Source of the DNA: Fidelibacterota bacterium
GTDB lineage: Bacteria; Fidelibacterota; Fidelibacteria; Fidelibacterales; Fidelibacteraceae
NCBI GenBank assembly: GCA_034659735.1
Contig: JAYEHX010000185.1
Span: forward strand, 1-63,727
Direction of reading: 5' to 3'
Length of the DNA: 63,727 nt
In this document: in pieces, positions 57,866 to 63,727 of the stretch
Layout of the letters: every line of letters starts with the position of its first letter
Position numbering within the stretch: the stretch's first letter is position 1
Position numbers and translations under genes: made by a program
Notes under the pieces: generated by a model
Database searches by the model: none
What the model was told of the DNA's origin: nothing
The model's input: only the letters and a program-made list of their open reading frames with translations

Positions 57866-58051
57866 CTATTCGAAATCTCTATCTTTAATAGTTTTTCTTT
57901 TATCATTTTTTGCATTTTCGGCAGCTTGATCAACTAATGTGCGAACGATGTCAGATAATACTTCAGGAACATTTCCCGCTGTATTCATACCTTTTTCTTT
58001 GATATATTTTTTTAATTTTGATGCTACTACTAAAACTTCTTTTTCTGACAT
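57866..58051 (-). CDS. short histone-fold protein (bacterial singlet histone-like)
   Basis: 61 aa: 'VVASKLKKYIKEKGMNTAGNVPEVLSDIVRTLVDQAAENAKNDKRKTIKDRDFE'. The 'RKTIKxRD' C-terminal signature and helix-loop-helix spacing resemble archaeal HMf-type and Bdellovibrio-type histones. SD AAAGGAGA upstream. Confidence 0.7.
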   Translation of the reverse strand: MSEKEVLVVASKLKKYIKEKGMNTAGNVPEVLSDIVRTLVDQAAENAKNDKRKTIKDRDFE

Positions 58052-58343
58052 TATGTCTCCTTTTTGTTACTCTTTCAAATTACTCTCAAAAATCGCCGAA
58101 ATATATAGATATTAATGGATATATCATAGAAAAATAATATTTTTTCCCTGAAACTGAAGTGATTTTAAAAAAATATTCATAAGTGTATTAGTGGTAAAAT
58201 AATAAAATGTTTTGCATAACTACAACAAATAATAAGAATAAAAATAAAATAATAAAAATGTTTAGAAATTTACTAGTTTAGAACAATGGAAATTATTTTT
58301 ATTAACAATAAATTATATAATTAAATTGTTTTTGTTAATTATA

Positions 58344-58497
58344 ATTTTTGTTGAACTCTTTCAGAGTTCTGTATTTTTCAATGATTTTATATCTACAGGT
58401 TTCACCTGCAGTTAATAATATTCAACCGCTTCGCGGTTTTTTGAAAGTTATACAATTAAAATGTATTTGTTATGTTGATCAAAGGTCTCTAATAATT
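58344..58497 (+). repeat. 153-bp structured element, copy 1 (three TTC-triloop hairpins, the last a terminator)
   Basis: GAACTCT-TTC-AGAGTTC (58352-58368). CAGGT-TTC-ACCTG (58395-58407). AACCGC-TTC-GCGGTT plus T-run (58423-58442). Near-identical to 58785-58937. Confidence 0.9.
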
Positions 58498-58589
58498 AAT
58501 ATCTACGAAGTAGATAAATGTTATTAACTATGGATGGAATCCATAGAAAGTAATCCAATTATATCTAAACTACAAAGTAGTTTAATATT

Positions 58590-58727
58590 CTCAACCTTAA
58601 CCTCAACCTAAATCCCCCTTTGCGTCTTTGCGACTTTGCGAGCCACCTCAACCTCAATCTTGGCGACTTGGCGACTTATTGCACTGAGCTTGTCGAAGTT
58701 CTTGCACTGAGCTTGTCGAAGTGTGCG
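58590..58727. repeat. block of short-period arrays (AACCTYAA, CTTTGCGW x3, CTTGGCGA x2, 22-mer x2)
   Basis: ctcaaccttaacctcaacctaa is the reverse complement of the GGTTRAGG family. ctttgcgt ctttgcga ctttgcga. cttggcga cttggcga. TTGCACTGAGCTTGTCGAAGT twice (58679-58722). Confidence 0.9.
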
Positions 58728-58784
58728 AGATTATTTTCGTTGCAAGAAATTATATTAAATTATTAATCGACCTTATTACCTTAT

Positions 58785-58937
58785 TTTTTGTTGAACTCTT
58801 TCAGAGTTCTGTATTTTTCAATAATTTTATATCTACAGGTTTCACCTGCAGTTAATAATATTCAACCGCTTCGCGGTTTTTTGAAAGTTATACAATTAAA
58901 ATGTATTTGTTATGTTGATCAAAGGTTTCTAATAATA
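58785..58937 (+). repeat. 153-bp structured element, copy 2
   Basis: Differs from copy 1 by a few substitutions and one T in the T-run. Ends about 45-60 nt upstream of the UbiA-family gene. Confidence 0.9.
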
Positions 58938-58995
58938 ACGAAATCTATGTATGAAAACAATTTGAATAATTCAAATAAAATTGTATATTCACGAT

Positions 58996-59853
58996 ATGAA
59001 ATTAGAAAGAACAACCTCAAAAATAATATCTTATTTCAAAATATCAAGACCGATAAATATTTTGCTTGGTTCAACAGCTGTTCTTATTTCTGCTACATTT
59101 TTTCAGAATTTTCCGGATATTCTAAATATTATTTTTGCAATGATGGTTGTGATGTTTTTGAATGCCGGTGCAAATTGTGTGAATGATATCTATGACATAG
59201 AAATTGATAAAATAAATCGTCCGAATCGTTCACTTCCTGCTGGAAAATTGAGTATAAATGAAGTTAAAAATTTTGCTGTTATATTGTTTTTAATCGGGAA
59301 TGGAATTTCGTTTTATTTGGGTAATTTTCCATTTATAATTTCATTAATTATTGCTACACCGTTGATGGTTCTTTATGCTTCCAAATTAAAAAAAATTGCA
59401 TTAATCGGGAATTTACTTGTATCATTTATTTTGGGTTTAACTTTTATTTTTGCTTCAACTGTCTTTGGGAATTATATGATTGGAGTCGTGCCGGCTGTTT
59501 TGGCTTTTTTGCTTACATTGATTCGTGAGATAGTGAAAGATATGGAAGATATTGATGGAGATAAAAAATATGGTGCGAATACATTGCCAATTTTTTTGGG
59601 AATTGAGAGGACGAAAATTATTGTTTCAGCTTTAATGATGTTGTTGGTGGTGGTAATTATTATTCCGTATTTGATGGGAATTTATGGAATTTATTATTTG
59701 CTTGTTGTTATGAATAGTATAGGAATTCCGATGATATTTATGATTTTTTATATATTCATTAGCAGAAATAAAAATAAATATTCATTGTTGGCGAAGGTGT
59801 TGAAAGTGGAGATATTTTTTGGGTTGTTATCTATTTATTTGGGGAAGTTTTAG
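58996..59853 (+). CDS. UbiA-superfamily prenyltransferase, DGGGP-synthase-like
   Basis: The track start is TTG 58981; ATG 58996 gives MKLERTT. 'NCVNDIYDIEIDKINRPNRSLPAGKLS' and 'IVKDMEDIDGDKKYGANTLP' are the two Asp-rich motifs. About 8-9 TM segments. Confidence 0.8.
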   Translation: MKLERTTSKIISYFKISRPINILLGSTAVLISATFFQNFPDILNIIFAMMVVMFLNAGANCVNDIYDIEIDKINRPNRSLPAGKLSINEVKNFAVILFLIGNGISFYLGNFPFIISLIIATPLMVLYASKLKKIALIGNLLVSFILGLTFIFASTVFGNYMIGVVPAVLAFLLTLIREIVKDMEDIDGDKKYGANTLPIFLGIERTKIIVSALMMLLVVVIIIPYLMGIYGIYYLLVVMNSIGIPMIFMIFYIFISRNKNKYSLLAKVLKVEIFFGLLSIYLGKF

Positions 59854-59963
59854 CAACTAACAAGAGCGAACAAAACTAACTTGGAATTTAAAATAATGAG
59901 AATTTTAACAACTAACAAGAGCGAACAAGAACTAACTTGGAATTTATATAATGAGAATTATAG
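59854..59963. repeat. 2 x 55-bp tandem direct repeat upstream of dnaE
   Basis: CAACTAACAAGAGCGAACAA[A/G]AACTAACTTGGAATTTA...ATAATGAGAATT at 59854-59908 and 59909-59963. Unit 2 contains TATAAT (59947-59952). Confidence 0.9.
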
Positions 59964-59990
59964 AAAGAAAAAAATGGGAGAAATAAAATA

Positions 59991-62900
59991 ATGTCAGAAT
60001 TTGTTCATTTACATGTTCATAGTGATTATAGTATATTAGATGCATCACAAAAGATAGAAGCTATAATTCATAAGGCGAAAGAATTTAATATGGAATCAAT
60101 TGCTTTGACTGATCATGGAAATATGTTTGGTGCATTTAATTTTTATAAATTAGCAAAAAGTTTTGATATTAAACCGATAATTGGTTGTGAAGTGTATGTT
60201 GCGAAGGAATCAAGATTCAAAAAGGAAATGACAAAAGAGGGGAAACGACCGACAAATCATCTTATACTTTTGGCAATGAATAATATCGGTTATCATAATT
60301 TAATTAAGTTGGTTTCTCTTGGATATACGGAGGGGTTTTATTATACGGCACGAGTTGATAAGGAATTATTGGCAAAATATAATGATGGATTAATTGCACT
60401 ATCCGGTTGTATAAAAGGTGAAGTAGCAGAGCAAGTTATTTTAGGTCAATATGAAGATGCGAAGAAAACTGCATTGGAATTTAAAGAAATTTTTGGCGAC
60501 AGATTTTATTTGGAGATTCAAAATCACGGAATTCCCGAACAGCAAGTTGTTATTGATAAATTCGCAGAAATGTCAAAAGAATTAGATATTCCGTTAGTGT
60601 GTTCAAATGACACTCACTATACGGAAAAAGACGAAGCGGAAACTCATGATTTATTGTTATGTATCGGTTCAAAAAATATAGTTAAAGATGAAAAGCGGAA
60701 GAAATATTTTGGTAATCAGTTTTATCTAAAATCCGGTCATGAGATGGAGGAACTTTTTAAAGAATATCCGGAAGCGATAGAGAATACGAAAAAAATTTCT
60801 GACCGATGTAATTTAGAAATTGAGATGGGCGAATATTTTCAGCCGGAATTTCATATTCCAAAAGAGAGTGCAATTCAGGAACCAGAAGAGTATTTAAGAA
60901 AGTTGGCAAATGATGGATTGAAAGATCGTTTTGGTAATAATATCGGTGAGGAATATCAAGAGAGATTAGATTTTGAATTGAATGTAATTAACGATATGGG
61001 ATATCCGGGTTATTTTTTGATTACGGCTGATTTTGTTAAATATGCGAAAGATAATTTGATTCCCGTTGGACCAGGTCGCGGTTCGGCAGCGGGAAGTTTA
61101 GTTGCATATTCTCTTGGAATTACAAATGTTGACCCGTTAAAATATAATTTACTTTTTGAGAGATTTTTAAATCCCGATAGAATTTCTATGCCTGATATTG
61201 ATATTGATTTTTGTAAAATAAAGAGAGAGAGAGTAATTGATTATGTCAAGGAAATTTATTCTGAAGAGAATGTTTGTCAGATAATTACTTTTAATAATTT
61301 GAAAGCGAAGGGAGTTATCAGGGACATTACACGGGTTCTTGATTTACCATATTCATTAGGTGATAAATTTTCAAAAATGATTCCCGACGAGTTAGAGATA
61401 ACTCTTGAAAAAGCTGAAAATATGTCTAAAGAATTAAGAGAATTCATAGCAAGTTCCGATGATAATAAAAAGATTTGGGAAAATGCTAAAGTGCTTGAAG
61501 GCAATGTCCGACATATTGGGAAACATGCCGCAGGAGTAGTTATTACACCAAGTAAAATAACCAATTATATTCCAATATCTAAGACAAGTGATGGTGATAT
61601 TGTCACTCAATATTCAGGCAAATCATTAGATGATATTGGGATTTTGAAAATGGATTTTTTGGGCCTCAATACCTTGACAATTATTGATCAAACCATTGAA
61701 TTATTGAGAGATAAAAATATTGAAATAGATATTGAAAAGATTCCATTAGATGATAAAAAGGTTTTCAAACTCTTTAGCGATGGATTGACTTCAGGTATTT
61801 TTCAATTTGAATCCGATGGGATGAGACAATATTTGAAGCAATTGAAACCTGCGAGTATAGAGGATTTGTCAGCGATGAATGCACTTTATAGACCCGGACC
61901 GAGGGAAAATATCCCATCTTATATTAGTAGAAAAAATGGTAGTGAAAAAGTTGAATATTTGCATCCTTTATTAGAATCTATTCTCAAAGATACTTACGGG
62001 ACAATTGTATATCAGGAACAGGTGATGCAGATTGGTTCGAAAGTTGGAGGATTTACACTTGCGAAAGCGGATCTTTTACGACGAGCAATGGGGAAAAAGA
62101 AATTAAAAGAATTGACTAAATTACGAGATGAATTTGTTGAAGGTGCAAAGGAAAATGGTTTGTCAAAACAATTGGCAGATGACATATACGACTTACTTGA
62201 AAAATTTGCGAATTACGGATTCAATAAAAGTCATGCTGTTGCATATTCATTAATTGCATATCAGACGGCATATTTAAAGGCACATTATCCAATTGAATTT
62301 TTTGCTTCTATTTTAAATAATAAACTCGGCGGACAACTTGAAAGTTTAGTAAAAAAAATAGATGAAGTTAAAAAAATGGATATTCCAATTATTAATCCTG
62401 ATATAAATATTTCCAAATCACTTTTTACTGTTAATGACGGAAAAATAATTTACGGTTTTTCCGCCTTAAAAAATGTTGGAGAGCATGCCGCCGAATCGAT
62501 TGTTGAAGCACGAGATGAAGGTGGAAAATTTAAGTCGCTATTTGATTTGACAAGTAGAGTAAATTTAAAAAAGGTAAATAGAAGAGCTTTAGAAGCATTG
62601 GTTTCGGTTGGTGCGATGGGTGAACTTCCCGGAAATAGAAATCAACAACTTGATGCAGTAGATGTTGCATTAAAATATGGTCAAAAATATCAAGAGGAAA
62701 AGAAGTCAAATCAGGTAAGTTTATTTGGGAGCAATTCACAAGATACGATTATGACGGAGCCACAATTCAACGATTTGTCGGATTGGGTAGATAGTTACAA
62801 ATTGGATCAGGAGAAAAAATTTATCGGTTTTTATCTTTCGGGACATCCTTTGGAAAAATATCAAGACGAATTAGATGCTTTTTCAAATATAGATTCATTG

Positions 62901-63422
62901 GAAAAAAATAATGTTGCTGAATATAAAATTGGTGGAATAATAGTAGGGAGAAATATTCACCATGATAAAAAAAACAGACCTTGGGCAAGATTTTCACTTG
63001 ATGCTATGAATAAAAAAGTCAATGTATTGGCTTTTAGTTATCAATATGAAAAGTATCAGAAACACATTGAGAATGAAAAACAAGTATTGGTTATTGGAAA
63101 AATGTCGGATAGAGATAGAGACAATGAGGAAAAAACCATTATCATGGATTCAATAATTCCATTAGAAAAAATTAGAGAAAAAATGGTGAAACAACTTCAT
63201 ATAAGAATTAATCAAGAAACTTCAAATCCCAATACACTTAAAAATCTGATAGAAAATGTGTTGCAAAAATACAAGGGGAAAATTCAGTTGGTGCTTCATA
63301 TTATTGATAAAGATAATAAAGAGTGGATAAAAACGGCGAAAACAATTTCCGTGAATACTTCTCGAGAATTGGTTGAAGATATCAGAAAAGAACTTGGGCA
63401 TGAGAATGTTTGGTTGGGATGA
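59991..63422 (+). CDS. dnaE: DNA polymerase III alpha subunit
   Basis: 1143 aa. PHP domain 'FVHLHVHSDYSILDAS', 'GPGRGSAAGSLVAYSLGIT', 'MPDIDIDF', 'GLLKMDFLGL', 'FNKSHAVAY'. Confidence 0.95.
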   Translation: MSEFVHLHVHSDYSILDASQKIEAIIHKAKEFNMESIALTDHGNMFGAFNFYKLAKSFDIKPIIGCEVYVAKESRFKKEMTKEGKRPTNHLILLAMNNIGYHNLIKLVSLGYTEGFYYTARVDKELLAKYNDGLIALSGCIKGEVAEQVILGQYEDAKKTALEFKEIFGDRFYLEIQNHGIPEQQVVIDKFAEMSKELDIPLVCSNDTHYTEKDEAETHDLLLCIGSKNIVKDEKRKKYFGNQFYLKSGHEMEELFKEYPEAIENTKKISDRCNLEIEMGEYFQPEFHIPKESAIQEPEEYLRKLANDGLKDRFGNNIGEEYQERLDFELNVINDMGYPGYFLITADFVKYAKDNLIPVGPGRGSAAGSLVAYSLGITNVDPLKYNLLFERFLNPDRISMPDIDIDFCKIKRERVIDYVKEIYSEENVCQIITFNNLKAKGVIRDITRVLDLPYSLGDKFSKMIPDELEITLEKAENMSKELREFIASSDDNKKIWENAKVLEGNVRHIGKHAAGVVITPSKITNYIPISKTSDGDIVTQYSGKSLDDIGILKMDFLGLNTLTIIDQTIELLRDKNIEIDIEKIPLDDKKVFKLFSDGLTSGIFQFESDGMRQYLKQLKPASIEDLSAMNALYRPGPRENIPSYISRKNGSEKVEYLHPLLESILKDTYGTIVYQEQVMQIGSKVGGFTLAKADLLRRAMGKKKLKELTKLRDEFVEGAKENGLSKQLADDIYDLLEKFANYGFNKSHAVAYSLIAYQTAYLKAHYPIEFFASILNNKLGGQLESLVKKIDEVKKMDIPIINPDINISKSLFTVNDGKIIYGFSALKNVGEHAAESIVEARDEGGKFKSLFDLTSRVNLKKVNRRALEALVSVGAMGELPGNRNQQLDAVDVALKYGQKYQEEKKSNQVSLFGSNSQDTIMTEPQFNDLSDWVDSYKLDQEKKFIGFYLSGHPLEKYQDELDAFSNIDSLEKNNVAEYKIGGIIVGRNIHHDKKNRPWARFSLDAMNKKVNVLAFSYQYEKYQKHIENEKQVLVIGKMSDRDRDNEEKTIIMDSIIPLEKIREKMVKQLHIRINQETSNPNTLKNLIENVLQKYKGKIQLVLHIIDKDNKEWIKTAKTISVNTSRELVEDIRKELGHENVWLG

Positions 63423-63600
63423 TTTTGAAAATTTATAAAAATATTTGGTATATTAGTGAAAATAAAAAATCCCATAGGGACATATTTTCTATTTTAAAAA
63501 ATATCAAACAAAAAACAAACTCCGTAGAATATTTTATTCCGTTGGTTTTTTATTTTTGAAAACTTAATGAATTATTAATATTTATTTGTATATTTATGTT

Positions 63601-63727
63601 ATGATAACAGTATTACAAAGAGTAAAAAAATCATCTGTAAAAGTTGATGAAAAGATTATCGGGAAAATCGGAAATGGATTGCTGATTTTTCTTGGTGTTT
63701 TTGAGAATGATTCTGAAAAGGATGTTG
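63601..63727 (+). CDS. dtd: D-aminoacyl-tRNA deacylase, 5' fragment (runs off the window)
   Basis: Not in the ORF track. My translation is MITVLQRVKKSSVKVDEKIIGKIGNGLLIFLGVFENDSEKDV, which matches the Dtd N-terminus pattern (MIxxIQRV..A.V.V....G.IG.GLL.LLGV). Confidence 0.8.
   Translation, partial: MITVLQRVKKSSVKVDEKIIGKIGNGLLIFLGVFENDSEKDV

Noticed and set aside
58344-58937. The 153-bp direct repeats as ends of an IS, transposon or integrated element.
   Set aside because: The repeats are direct, not inverted. The 287-nt interior has no ORF, and no transposase, integrase or tRNA target is nearby. A non-autonomous element cannot be excluded and is kept only as one option in the finding.
58788-59186. 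132-aa + strand ORF spanning the second 153-bp repeat and the start of the UbiA-family gene.
   Set aside because: Its first ~50 codons are the hairpin/terminator repeat, which also occurs non-coding at 58344-58497. The rest is an alternative frame of the prenyltransferase gene. It has no SD or motifs.
204-63422. About 70 short ORFs (60-150 aa) in the track that lie antisense or out of frame inside long, well-supported genes. Examples: 204..470-, 674..1051-, 1385..1768-, 2501..2686+, 6060..6362-, 16942..17205+, 20594..20776+, 21587..21805+, 31576..31947-, 32496..32702+, 33425..33625+, 35293..35742-, 42315..42701-, 42735..42932+, 43347..43571+, 61277..61564-.
   Set aside because: Each is fully embedded in a longer ORF with clear family motifs. 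Their translations are low-complexity, typical of the opposite strand or shifted frames of AT-rich coding DNA. None has an SD or recognisable domain.
63423-63600. Possible terminator or small RNA in the dnaE-dtd spacer (e.g. TCCC-ATA-GGGA, AAAAAACAAAC...GGTTTTTT).
   Set aside because: The stems are short or imperfect and I could not define a convincing hairpin plus T-tract.

Overview
Visibly AT-rich bacterial chromosomal window, almost entirely coding on the + strand. Lineage is a guess: a CarboxypepD_reg-type TonB-dependent receptor with a lipoprotein partner and an archaeal-type DGGGPS-like prenyltransferase suggest the FCB superphylum, possibly Cloacimonadota-like. No rRNA, tRNA, CRISPR array, transposase, integrase or recognisable defence gene was seen.

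Layout:
- (i) 0.2-5.4 kb: sulfur-trafficking cassette with TusA, a YeeE/YedE permease, three exported rhodaneses and a porin.
- (ii) 5.4-24.4 kb: very large Hdr/MvhD/Flox-like iron-sulfur flavoprotein supercluster. It has three MvhD paralogs, three 'double-HdrA' units (one split into two genes, one fused, one a 1487-aa HdrL-type protein with an inserted GltD/NfnB-like NAD(P)H module), four AsrA/HydB-like Fe-S paralogs, an AsrB/HydG-like flavoprotein, an HdrC-like and an FrhB-like protein. No HdrB, hydrogenase or formate dehydrogenase is present.
- (iii) 24.5-34.3 kb: 2-hydroxyacid/C4 module bracketed by two LarA-type nickel racemase paralogs. It holds GTP-type PEPCK, a GlcD-like FAD oxidase plus CCG Fe-S subunit, two tandem MDH/LDH paralogs, and a decayed duplicate of the pck-3'/glcD-5' junction.
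- (iv) 34.3-42 kb: aconitase, citrate synthase, an isocitrate dehydrogenase carrying a zinc-ribbon-like insertion, and malic enzyme flanked by two TPR paralogs.
- (v) 42-57.8 kb: housekeeping and envelope genes: OPT transporter, M23 peptidase, AmgK-like kinase fused to a RapZ C-terminal domain plus MurU-like transferase, LtaE, CdsA, a GlmL-like ATPase pair, STAS, PAP2, transglutaminase-like protein, and a TonB-dependent receptor with lipoprotein.
- (vi) 57.8-63.7 kb: a 61-aa histone-fold protein, a ~0.9-kb non-coding region, a UbiA/DGGGPS-like prenyltransferase, DnaE and the 5' end of dtd.

The most unusual non-genic signal is a family of short-period (mostly 8-nt) tandem arrays: GGTTAGRR, GGTCATTR, CACCGAAW, CTTTGCGW and CTTGGCGA. 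Alongside them are a shared 22-mer and a duplicated 153-bp element built from perfect triloop hairpins. These arrays sit at gene 3' ends and in intergenic regions.

Best candidates for an undescribed system are the HdrB-less Hdr/Flox supercluster coupled to the exported-rhodanese/YeeE/TusA cassette, and the LarA-bracketed hydroxyacid redox module. Both interpretations are inference from domain content.
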